Source of the DNA: Candidatus Eiseniibacteriota bacterium
GTDB taxonomy: Bacteria > Eisenbacteria > RBG-16-71-46
Direction of reading: 5' to 3'
NCBI GenBank assembly: GCA_036522895.1
Contig: DATDEX010000425.1
Coordinates: forward strand, 1 to 50,715
DNA: 50,715 nt
The translations under genes and the position numbers were made by a program. Of this stretch, positions 15,850 through 23,621 are shown one piece after another (within the stretch, counting starts at the first letter, position 1; the number at the start of each line of letters is the position of its first letter). The notes beneath the pieces were generated by a model. The model was not told the DNA's origin and did not search any database. It saw nothing but the letters and a program-made list of their open reading frames with translations.

Positions 15850-17238
15850 TCAGCGATGCCGCGGACTCGCTCCCGGCCCCGATCGCTCGAGGACCCAACT
15901 CGTGACGCTCTCGAGGTACCCGGGCGCCGCCCGCGGCCAGTCCCACCTGCCGCCCGCCACGAGCGGGAGCGTGCGAAGCACGTGATTCGCGGCCGGGAAC
16001 ACGCGCACGGTCACGTCGCGGTTGCCGCCCTGGCGGAGCGCGTGCTCGACGAGCCTCGCACTCGGCTTCGCCGGGACCAGCTCGTCGGCGGCGCCGTAGA
16101 CCGCGAGCACGGGCACACGCACGGCACGCCACCACGGGGCCGGATCCAGCGTGCGCCCGCGCCAGTACCAGCCGGCGAGCGCGGCCCCCGAGGGAAGCCG
16201 CTCCGGCAGCGAGCTCGCGCGCCGCCACGGCGTCGTCGCGGCCTCCGCGAGGAGCGCCGAGAGCTCGTTCGAATCGCGTCTGGTGCCGAGCCAGGCCTGG
16301 AGCCGTCGATCGAGCGAGACCGTGCGCTGGATGTCCGCGGCATCGAACCCGGCCGAGGCGAGGCGCATGCTGTCCTGGTACGCCGCGCTCTCGCCGATCG
16401 GCATCCCGGGCGCGGAGATGGCCACGATGAAGCGCAGCGACGGCACCCGCGCGGCGACGAGCGGGGATATGAACGCACCCTGGCTCAGGCCCCACACGCC
16501 GACGCGCTGCGCGTCCACGCCGCGCGTGGCGCGCAGGCACTCGACCGCCGCGGCCGCATCGCCCGCGAGCGTGTCGTACGTGGCGGCGCCGTAGTCCCCG
16601 GAGGATTCGCCGGCCCCGCGCTTGTCGAATGCCAGCACGGCGAGCCCCGCGCGGGCGAAGTGGTCGGCGTAGAAGCGGTAATCGCTCCGGAGATTGGTCG
16701 AGGAGCCCTGGAGGAGGACGATCCCGGCGCGCGGCGCCGGACCCGCGTCCGGCACGTACACCGTTCCGGCGAGCCGGGCCCGCCCACTCGCGAAGCGCAC
16801 CTCGTGCGCCGAGTAGGGCGGCAGGTCGGGCGCGCGTGCGCGGCCCAGCGAGAAGCGGAGCGGCGGTGCGGTGCCGCCCGCTTCCACGACCCCGGGGACC
16901 GCGGGCACCACGGCGGTCCCGCGCAGCGAATCCCCGTTCACTTCGCCCTCGAAACGCAACGGGTGGTCGTCCGTGGTGACGAAACGTACCTGGCGGCCGG
17001 CACTCTCCACGCCCGCGAGCGGCTGCTCGAGCATGAGCAACTCGGGGCTGCTCATCGCCGCCCGCAGCGTCCCGCCCTCCTGGGAGAAGCGGATGCTCAG
17101 ATCCAGGCGCGCGCCCTGGAAGACGGCGCTCCCCCGCCACGTGCCCGCGAGCGATCCGTCCGGCGCGCGCGTGGGCGCCGCGCCGCCCGCGCAGGCGGCG
17201 AGGGCGCAGATCCCGAGCGCACGGCCGATGGCACGCAT
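15850..17238 (-). CDS. Alpha/beta-hydrolase lipoprotein (S9/S15-like serine hydrolase), 462 aa
   Basis: The internal ATG at 17238 gives MRAIGRALGICALAACAGG, which contains a lipobox. The nucleophile elbow is GVWGLSQGA. The fold pattern is typical (VLLQGSS...VLAFDKRGAGES...VPVLAVYGAADELVP...NH). Confidence 0.85.
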   Translation of the reverse strand: MRAIGRALGICALAACAGGAAPTRAPDGSLAGTWRGSAVFQGARLDLSIRFSQEGGTLRAAMSSPELLMLEQPLAGVESAGRQVRFVTTDDHPLRFEGEVNGDSLRGTAVVPAVPGVVEAGGTAPPLRFSLGRARAPDLPPYSAHEVRFASGRARLAGTVYVPDAGPAPRAGIVLLQGSSTNLRSDYRFYADHFARAGLAVLAFDKRGAGESSGDYGAATYDTLAGDAAAAVECLRATRGVDAQRVGVWGLSQGAFISPLVAARVPSLRFIVAISAPGMPIGESAAYQDSMRLASAGFDAADIQRTVSLDRRLQAWLGTRRDSNELSALLAEAATTPWRRASSLPERLPSGAALAGWYWRGRTLDPAPWWRAVRVPVLAVYGAADELVPAKPSARLVEHALRQGGNRDVTVRVFPAANHVLRTLPLVAGGRWDWPRAAPGYLESVTSWVLERSGPGASPRHR

Positions 17239-17264
17239 CGGCTTGAGACTACACGCTCGAGGCC

Positions 17265-17681
17265 TCAGACGAGCCCCGGCGACCTGGCCGGCCGGGCCCG
17301 CGGCCGGCCATCGGGCGAACCCCAGAGGAGGGCCACGACGATGAGCGGATCGACGACGCCCCAGAAGATGCTCGGGAACAGGAACCCGGGATCCTGGGGC
17401 GTGCCGGCGGCGCCCTCGAGTGCCGAGAGCGCGAGCATGAGAAGGTGGTAGGCCGCTCCGGTGCACGCGGCGACGAGCGCGACCCGGCTGCCCCAGCCGC
17501 GTGCGCCCCGGCGCAGCTCCGCGAACATCCCCGTGCCGCCGATCGCCTGCGCGAGCCCCACGAGCAGGAACAGCATGCGCAGGCTCAGCACGTGCGCGAC
17601 CCCGGCGACGAGGCTCGCCCCCAGCGCGAGCTGCCAGGCCATCCGGCGGCGCCGGATCTCTTCCTCGTCGGGGCCGGCCAC
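17265..17681 (-). CDS. Small integral membrane protein, hypothetical, 138 aa
   Basis: There are three to four hydrophobic segments (LALGASLVAGVAHVL, MLFLLVGLAQAIGG, VALVAACTGAAYHLLMLAL and IFWGVVDPLIVVALLW). GTG 17681 lies 4 nt after the TRAP permease stop. The alternative start is ATG 17642. Confidence 0.55.
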   Translation of the reverse strand: MAGPDEEEIRRRRMAWQLALGASLVAGVAHVLSLRMLFLLVGLAQAIGGTGMFAELRRGARGWGSRVALVAACTGAAYHLLMLALSALEGAAGTPQDPGFLFPSIFWGVVDPLIVVALLWGSPDGRPRARPARSPGLV

Positions 17682-17685
17682 GTCG

Positions 17686-19536
17686 CTACTTCCCGAGCAG
17701 CCGGAGGACGCCGACGGTCATCTGCGGCAGATAGGTGATCGCGAGCGTACCCGCGCCGAGGATGAGCAGGAACGGCACGACGTGGCGGTAGAGCTGCGGC
17801 AGCGGTTTCCCGAACCGCGACGAGGACAGGAACAGGTTCAACCCCGCGGGCGGGAACAGGAATCCCAGCTCCAGGTTGGCAAGGAACACCACGCCGAGGT
17901 GCACCGGGTCCACGCCGAAAGCGGCTCCGATCGGGGCGACGAGCGGGGCCAGGATGACGATCGCGGAATAGATCTCGAGCACGCTCCCGAGCACGAGCAG
18001 CACGAGGTTCAAGGCGAGCAGGAACACGTGCTGCGAGTGGATGTGCGCCCGGACGAACGCGAGCAGCGCATCGGGAATCTGCGCGTCCACGAGCCAGCTC
18101 GTGAGCCCGAGCGCGCTCGAGAGCAGGATCAAGACGGCGCCGCAGAGCACGCTCGCCTTCACGAGCACACGGGGGAGCTCGCGGAACGGGTGGATGTCGC
18201 GGGTGACGAAGCACTCGACCCCGATCGCGTACGCGAACGCCACCGCCGCGGCCTCGACCATGGTCGTGAGCCCGGTCGCGAAGAGCCCCACCACGAGGAG
18301 CGGCACCGAGAGCTCCCACTTCGCGGACCAGCCGGCCGCGAGCGCCTCGCGCGCCGAGAACGCCTGGCGCGGGGTCTTGATCCGGCGTCCCACCTGCATG
18401 CCGTAGAGCGCGACGATCAGGATGAGCAGGAGCCCGGGCAGGAGCCCGGCCAGGTAGAGCGAGTCCGCCGGCACGTTCGCGACGACCGCGTAGAGGATCA
18501 CGGGCAGGCTCGGGGGGAGCAGGAGCCCGAGACTCCCCGAGGCGGTGACGAGCCCGAGCGAGAAGCCCTCGGGGTAGCCGTCCTTCAGGAGCACCGGCAG
18601 GAGCAGTCCGCCGAGCGCCATGATCGTGACACCCGAGCCGCCCGTGAACGTGGTGAACAGCGCGCACACCGCGGCCACGAGCACCGCCACGCCGCCCGGG
18701 AGCCAGCCGAAGAGCGCGCGGAAGAACCGCACGAGCCGCTGCGAAGCGTTGGATTCCGCGAGGACGTAGCCGCACGCGGTGAGGAGCGGGACCGCGGGCA
18801 GCGTGGGCGAGGACATGAGCCGGTAAATGTCGGCGCTCACCGCCGAGACGGGCACGCCGTCGCGAAAGAACAGCACGAGCGCGATGCCGCCCATGGCCAC
18901 GAACACCGGCGCGCCGACGAGCGCCGCGAGCAGGATCAGACCCACGAGCGGCAGGGCGATCGAGTGCGCCGCCCCGTGGAGCAGGCCGAGCGACAGCCCG
19001 GCCGGAATCGCCGCGTAGGCGAGCGTCCTCCCCCGCCAGCCCTCCGAGGCGGCCCAGGCGAGGCGCAGCGCGAGCAGCGCGAGCGCGAGCGGCATGACGC
19101 ACTCGCTCACCCAGACCGGGACGCCGATGGCGAGGAGTTTCCCCTGCTCGCGATCGGCGAGCACCACGCCGTAGGCGGAATACGCGAGCACCGCGCAGAC
19201 CGCGGCGGCGATCGCCGACGAGAACACGCGCGCCGCGTCCCGGACTTTCGCCTTGCCGATCGCCTCGGCGGTCGAGAGCGTGAGGTGCTGGCGCTGGCGT
19301 GCGGCGAGGAGCCCGCCGAGGAGCGCGAGCCAGAGCGTGAGCTGGGCGCGGTACTCGGACGAGCCGGGCACGCCGAAGCCGCCGAACGGCCGCCCGAGCG
19401 CATCGACGAGCGGGATCAGCATCGACAGCAGGAAGGCGACGACCAGCACGCCGCCTTCGAACCGGTGCACGAACGAGTAGAGGCGGCCCGGCGGGTGACG
19501 CTGCGCGGCCGTGTGCATGGGCGCGCACACTAGCAT
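17686..19536 (-). CDS. TRAP transporter fused small/large permease (DctQ-DctM fusion), 616 aa
   Basis: The N-terminal ~170 aa form a DctQ-like four-TM segment. A long polytopic DctM-like region follows (FTGGSGVTIMALGGLLLPVL, GSLGLLLPPSLPVILY, EIYSAIVILAPLVAPI and FLFPPAGLNLFL). Confidence 0.9.
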   Translation of the reverse strand: MLVCAPMHTAAQRHPPGRLYSFVHRFEGGVLVVAFLLSMLIPLVDALGRPFGGFGVPGSSEYRAQLTLWLALLGGLLAARQRQHLTLSTAEAIGKAKVRDAARVFSSAIAAAVCAVLAYSAYGVVLADREQGKLLAIGVPVWVSECVMPLALALLALRLAWAASEGWRGRTLAYAAIPAGLSLGLLHGAAHSIALPLVGLILLAALVGAPVFVAMGGIALVLFFRDGVPVSAVSADIYRLMSSPTLPAVPLLTACGYVLAESNASQRLVRFFRALFGWLPGGVAVLVAAVCALFTTFTGGSGVTIMALGGLLLPVLLKDGYPEGFSLGLVTASGSLGLLLPPSLPVILYAVVANVPADSLYLAGLLPGLLLILIVALYGMQVGRRIKTPRQAFSAREALAAGWSAKWELSVPLLVVGLFATGLTTMVEAAAVAFAYAIGVECFVTRDIHPFRELPRVLVKASVLCGAVLILLSSALGLTSWLVDAQIPDALLAFVRAHIHSQHVFLLALNLVLLVLGSVLEIYSAIVILAPLVAPIGAAFGVDPVHLGVVFLANLELGFLFPPAGLNLFLSSSRFGKPLPQLYRHVVPFLLILGAGTLAITYLPQMTVGVLRLLGK

Positions 19537-19579
19537 GCCCCCGCGGGCCGGCGGGTGCCGCGCGCGCGGCGCGCGGCGC

Positions 19580-20749
19580 TTACGGCTGCGGCTTCACCGT
19601 GAACTCCGCGGAGGCCCGGGTCGTGTCCCAGTCGAGGTTCAGCACGCCGCCGCTCGAGGTGGGATCGACGCTGATCGTAAATCGCTCCACCACTTGCGGT
19701 AAGCTGCTCACTTTCATGTCGATCGTGAACAGGTCCCTGGCCGGGTTGTGCTGCGTCCCCCACTGCCCGGTCTCGCCGTTCACGATGAGCTTCCAGCCCG
19801 CGGCCGAGGGCAGCGACCAGAGCGTGTAGAAGCCGGCGGGCACGACGGTGCCGCCGAAGTCGAGTGGCTTGTCCGTGCGGAACTGCGTCGCGGCATTGGC
19901 GCCCGTGCGCCACACCTCGCCGTAAGGCACGAGCGCCGCCCCGAACACCGCACGCCCGCGCTTGGCCGGGCGCCCGTAATCGATCGTGATCGCCGCGCCG
20001 CCCGCGTTCGTCACCCGCACGGTGTCGCGCGGCGACAGCGTACCCACGCCCTGGCCGGCCTGCTCGCGCGCCATGTAGCCGTTCGCGAGCGCGTCGACGT
20101 CGAGCGAGGCCACGCGGGTGATGCCGAACTTGGCCGTCCCGGCCACCGGGAGCGTGCCCAGGATGTGCCCTGCCTTGTCCACGGCCGCGTGGTAGACGTC
20201 ACCGTGCGTGTCGGAGATCTCGACGGAATCGCGGCCGAGCTTCCGGAGCAGGAAGCGCTCGGGTGACGGGAAGCCCACGATGTAGAGCGGGCCCCCGAGC
20301 GTGTCCGGCCTGGCCTTCACGAGCTTCATGATCTGCCCTTCGTAAACCGCCCACGGGCTCGAGCTGAAGAGCAGGAGCGCTCCGAGCGAGAGTCGCTGGT
20401 GGGTCACCTGGGGCGCCGCGCTGCCGTTCTTGATCTCGACGCGCAGCGAGTCGCCCTCGTACGCGACCTCGGCGGTCTGGAGCGGCGCGGCCGCTCCCGG
20501 CGGCGTGGCGACGATCGAGACGTGGGTGATCGCGCCGTCCTTCATGTCGTACGTGAAATGCCGGCGGAGCGTCCGCGGCGCGCGCCCGACCTGGTCGATC
20601 TCCAGCCGATTCGCGGTGCGCACGTAGTGCTCGACGCTCGTCGTGTCGAGGCCCAGCCGCACGACGAAGTTGCCGGTGTCGTCCGCCCGTGCGGGAACCG
20701 CGAGGACGAGCAGCAGGGACAGCGTGGCGAGTGGCGAAACGCGCTTCAT
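19580..20749 (-). CDS. Secreted protein with a C-terminal DUF2911 domain, 389 aa
   Basis: ATG 20749 has GAGGAG 8 nt upstream. The signal peptide is MKRVSPLATLSLLLVLAVPARA. The C-terminal half carries the DUF2911 signature IDYGRPAKRGRAVFGALVPYGEVWRTGANAAT...GFYTLWSLP...WKLIVNGETGQWGT. Confidence 0.75.
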   Translation of the reverse strand: MKRVSPLATLSLLLVLAVPARADDTGNFVVRLGLDTTSVEHYVRTANRLEIDQVGRAPRTLRRHFTYDMKDGAITHVSIVATPPGAAAPLQTAEVAYEGDSLRVEIKNGSAAPQVTHQRLSLGALLLFSSSPWAVYEGQIMKLVKARPDTLGGPLYIVGFPSPERFLLRKLGRDSVEISDTHGDVYHAAVDKAGHILGTLPVAGTAKFGITRVASLDVDALANGYMAREQAGQGVGTLSPRDTVRVTNAGGAAITIDYGRPAKRGRAVFGAALVPYGEVWRTGANAATQFRTDKPLDFGGTVVPAGFYTLWSLPSAAGWKLIVNGETGQWGTQHNPARDLFTIDMKVSSLPQVVERFTISVDPTSSGGVLNLDWDTTRASAEFTVKPQP

Positions 20750-20985
20750 GGCGGGCACTCCTCGGCGGACGGGTCGGGGCGGCAGGGGAACAAGGAACGC
20801 CGGAGCCTAGCGCGCGCGCGCGGGCCGGGCGTGCCCGCGGGCGAGCCACGGCCACGAGCGCGGTGTCGCGGCTGCCGACCGCGGGATCGCGGCGTGGACG
20901 CGGGCGGGCGGCGCTGCAACACTGCGGCGGTCCGATTCCGCGATTCCACGACGGGAACGCCGAACACCGAAGGAGGCTCGCCCCG

Positions 20986-23043
20986 ATGGTCATGCGATTC
21001 GCAGCCGCGACGCTCGCGCCGACATGCCTCGCGGTCTGCGTGCTGGCGACCCGGGCCGAAGCGGCCCCGGTTCCCTCCCGCGCCGCCCCGGGCGGCTCGA
21101 TCCGACCGACCGCGGCCGACGTGGTCTCGCTCGCGACTCCTGGCGACCTGGCGTTTTCCGCCGACGGCCGCTGGGCCGCGTTCGCGCTCGCCCGGGCGAC
21201 TCGCGACACGTCCGCCAGGCCGAGCGCGGACGACACGAACGGCGGCTGGAAGCGGACGCGCCAGATCGTGCTCCTCGACCTCACGACCCGGGCGAGCCGC
21301 ACGCTCACGTCGGGCGACGACCGCGCCGGCTCGCCGCAGTTCGCGCCGGACGGCCGCTCGCTCGCGTTCGAGCGGAAGGGCGCGCTCTGGCTCCTGCCCC
21401 TGACCGGCGGCGAGGCGCGCAAGCTCGACACCGGCAAGCTCGAGCCGGACGCGTTCCGGTTCGCGCCGGACGGGAAGAGCATCGCGTTCATCGCGAAGCC
21501 CGAGCGGACCGACCCGGAGATCGCGGCGGCGTGGCGGGCGGGGGGCGCGTTCGCGTGGGACGAGCAGTGGCGGCCGGCGCGGATCTGGATCGTGCCGGTC
21601 GACGGCGGGGCGAGCGACAAGCCGCGCGCCGCGAGCCCCGAGAGCCTGAGCGTCGCGGAGTTCGCGTGGTCGCCGGATGGGAAGCGCTTCGCGGTGCTGA
21701 CCGCGCGGAACAGCGACCCTTACGAGATGTTCAATTTCCCATTGCCGCGCGTGCTCGACGCCGCGGACGGGCATGTCCTGGCGACGCTCGCGCGCAAGAG
21801 CGACTCGTACGGGAGTCTTTATGGCGAGCTCCATTGGTCGCCGGGATCGAACGCGGTCGTCATGACCGGCCTCGACGGCGGGCTCTCGAACGTGAACGCG
21901 CTGCTGGTCTGGGACGTCGCGACCGGCACCGTCCGCGACCTGGCGCCGGGAAGGGATCTGACGCTCGACGGGATCGCGCTCGCGAACGGTGGCCGCGAGG
22001 TGATCGCCTGCGTCAAGGCGCGCACGGAATCGCGGCTCATGCGCTTTGCGCTCGCGGGCGGGCCGCCGCAGGACGCGGGGTTCTCCGGGCGCGGGATCTC
22101 GGGCGCGCTCCTCGCGGACGCGGCCGGGCGCCGGCTCGCGTTCCTCTCCTCCACCCCGCGCGAGCCGCAGGAGGTCACCGTGTTCGACCTCGGCGCGCGC
22201 CGCACGGACGTGGTCTCGAAGCTCAACCCCCAGGTCGCGGGCTGGACGCTCGGCGAGACGCAGGTCGTCCGCTGGAAGTGCCCGGAGGGCGGCGAGCTCG
22301 AAGGCCTCCTCACCCGCCCGCCCGGTGCGGCGGCCGGTGCCGCGACGGCGCTCGTCGTGATGCCGCACGGCGGCCCGGACGACGTGACGCAGCAGACGTG
22401 GAGCTCGCAGGCGCAGCTCTTCGCCTCCCGCGGCTACGCGGTGTTCCGGCCCAACTATCGCGGCGGCACCGGCTACGGCTTCGAGTTCTACGCCGCGAAC
22501 CGCAACCGGTTCGGCACCATCGAGCAGATGGACATCGAGAGCGGCGTGGACGCGCTGGTCGCGCGCGGGCTCGCCGATCCGCAGCGGCTCTTCTTCGGCG
22601 GCTGGTCGTGGGGCGGATACCTGACCGCGTGGACGATCGGCCACGTCCAGCGCTACCGGGCGGCGGTCGTCGGCGCCGGCGTCAACGACGTGGCGTTCAG
22701 CTACTCGAGCAGCGACATCAACCACGGCGTGGCGGCGCAGTGGGAGTACAAGGGCGACCCGTGGCGCGAGACCGATCACTTCGACCGCGCGAACCCGATC
22801 CGCTACGCGAAGGACATGAAGACGCCGACGTTGATCCTGCACGGCCAGAGCGACGACCGGGTGCAGTTCCTGAACGGGGTCACGCTCTACCGCGCGCTCT
22901 CCGACGTGGGCTGCGAGGTGAAGTTCTACGCCTACCCGCGCGAGCCGCACGGCTTCCAGGAGCCCGCGCACCTCGTGCACCGGCTCGACACCTGGCTCGG
23001 CTGGTACGACGCGCACGGCGGTCCGTCGGCGGCGCGGCCGTGA
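20986..23043 (+). CDS. S9 family serine peptidase (acylaminoacyl-peptidase / dipeptidyl-peptidase-like) with an N-terminal beta-propeller, 685 aa
   Basis: AAGGAGG lies 9 nt upstream of ATG 20986. The signal peptide is MVMRFAAATLAPTCLAVCVLATRAEA. TolB-like repeats are present (FSADGRWAAF, FAPDGRSLAF, FAPDGKSIAF and WSPDGKRFAV). The catalytic serine motif is GGWSWGGY, with HGQSDDRV and a terminal H. Confidence 0.9.
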   Translation: MVMRFAAATLAPTCLAVCVLATRAEAAPVPSRAAPGGSIRPTAADVVSLATPGDLAFSADGRWAAFALARATRDTSARPSADDTNGGWKRTRQIVLLDLTTRASRTLTSGDDRAGSPQFAPDGRSLAFERKGALWLLPLTGGEARKLDTGKLEPDAFRFAPDGKSIAFIAKPERTDPEIAAAWRAGGAFAWDEQWRPARIWIVPVDGGASDKPRAASPESLSVAEFAWSPDGKRFAVLTARNSDPYEMFNFPLPRVLDAADGHVLATLARKSDSYGSLYGELHWSPGSNAVVMTGLDGGLSNVNALLVWDVATGTVRDLAPGRDLTLDGIALANGGREVIACVKARTESRLMRFALAGGPPQDAGFSGRGISGALLADAAGRRLAFLSSTPREPQEVTVFDLGARRTDVVSKLNPQVAGWTLGETQVVRWKCPEGGELEGLLTRPPGAAAGAATALVVMPHGGPDDVTQQTWSSQAQLFASRGYAVFRPNYRGGTGYGFEFYAANRNRFGTIEQMDIESGVDALVARGLADPQRLFFGGWSWGGYLTAWTIGHVQRYRAAVVGAGVNDVAFSYSSSDINHGVAAQWEYKGDPWRETDHFDRANPIRYAKDMKTPTLILHGQSDDRVQFLNGVTLYRALSDVGCEVKFYAYPREPHGFQEPAHLVHRLDTWLGWYDAHGGPSAARP

Positions 23044-23564
23044 GCTCGCCGGCGCCGGCGGGTCCGAGTGTGCGGCCCGCGGTGGCCGGCGACGTCGCGG
23101 CGATCGCGGCCTTCGCCGGCGAGCTCTACCACGCGCACCACGCCTGGGACCCGGTGCGGTTCTGGGACTTGAGCGGCGTGGCCAGCCCGGCCGGACGCGA
23201 GCAGTTCTTCGCCTCGCAGCTTGCCGCGCCGGACACGGTGCTGCTCGTGGCCGAGCGCGCGGGCGCGTGCGTGGGCTACGCCTACATGACGTTCGAGTCG
23301 AACGATTACATGAACCTGCTCGAGCGCGCGGCATGGCTCCACGACGTGTTCGTGGTGCCCGAGGCGCGCGGCAGCGGCGCGGCCGACCTGCTCTTCGCGG
23401 CCGCGTGCGCGCGCGCCCGGGCCGCCGGCTACCCGCTCCTCGCGCTCAACGTGGCCGAGGCGAACCCCCGCGCGCAGGCGTTCTTCGCCCGCCAGGGCGC
23501 ACGCGTCACGATGCGGGAGATGATCGTGGAGCTGCCGCCGCCCGGGCCGGCCGCCCGGGCGTAA
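23040..23564 (+). CDS. GNAT family N-acetyltransferase, about 174 aa
   Basis: GTG 23040 overlaps the peptidase stop (GTGA). The alternative start is GTG 23070. The acetyl-CoA-binding motif is HDVFVVPEARGSGAADLLFAAACARARAAG, and the region LNVAEANPRAQAFFARQG follows. Confidence 0.8.
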   Translation: MSSPAPAGPSVRPAVAGDVAAIAAFAGELYHAHHAWDPVRFWDLSGVASPAGREQFFASQLAAPDTVLLVAERAGACVGYAYMTFESNDYMNLLERAAWLHDVFVVPEARGSGAADLLFAAACARARAAGYPLLALNVAEANPRAQAFFARQGARVTMREMIVELPPPGPAARA

Positions 23565-23570
23565 CGCCGA

Positions 23571-23600
23571 GGCGCCCGGCGGGTCTCCCCACCGGGCGCC
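23571..23600. terminator. GC hairpin between convergent genes, a candidate bidirectional terminator
   Basis: GGCGCCCGG (23571-23579) pairs with CCGGGCGCC (23592-23600), a perfect 9-bp stem with a 12-nt loop. It lies between the stops at 23564 (+) and 23622 (-). Confidence 0.4.
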
Positions 23601-23621
23601 ACGAGAGCTTCCGGGCCGAAC

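Noticed and set aside
15694-17451. A 585-aa plus-strand ORF, plus 15686-17140 (-), over the hydrolase gene. The same applies to 17461-19533 (+) and 17585-19528 (-) over the TRAP permease.
   Set aside because: The translations are low-complexity Arg/Glu/His/Gly-rich. The chosen frames show a nucleophile elbow and polytopic membrane topology respectively.
20746-23334. An 862-aa minus-strand ORF, and the 21024-23039 part of the 846-aa plus-strand ORF
   Set aside because: They overlap the S9 peptidase gene in other frames and have Arg/Pro/Ala-rich translations. Only the last 174 codons of the 846-aa ORF (the GNAT) look real.
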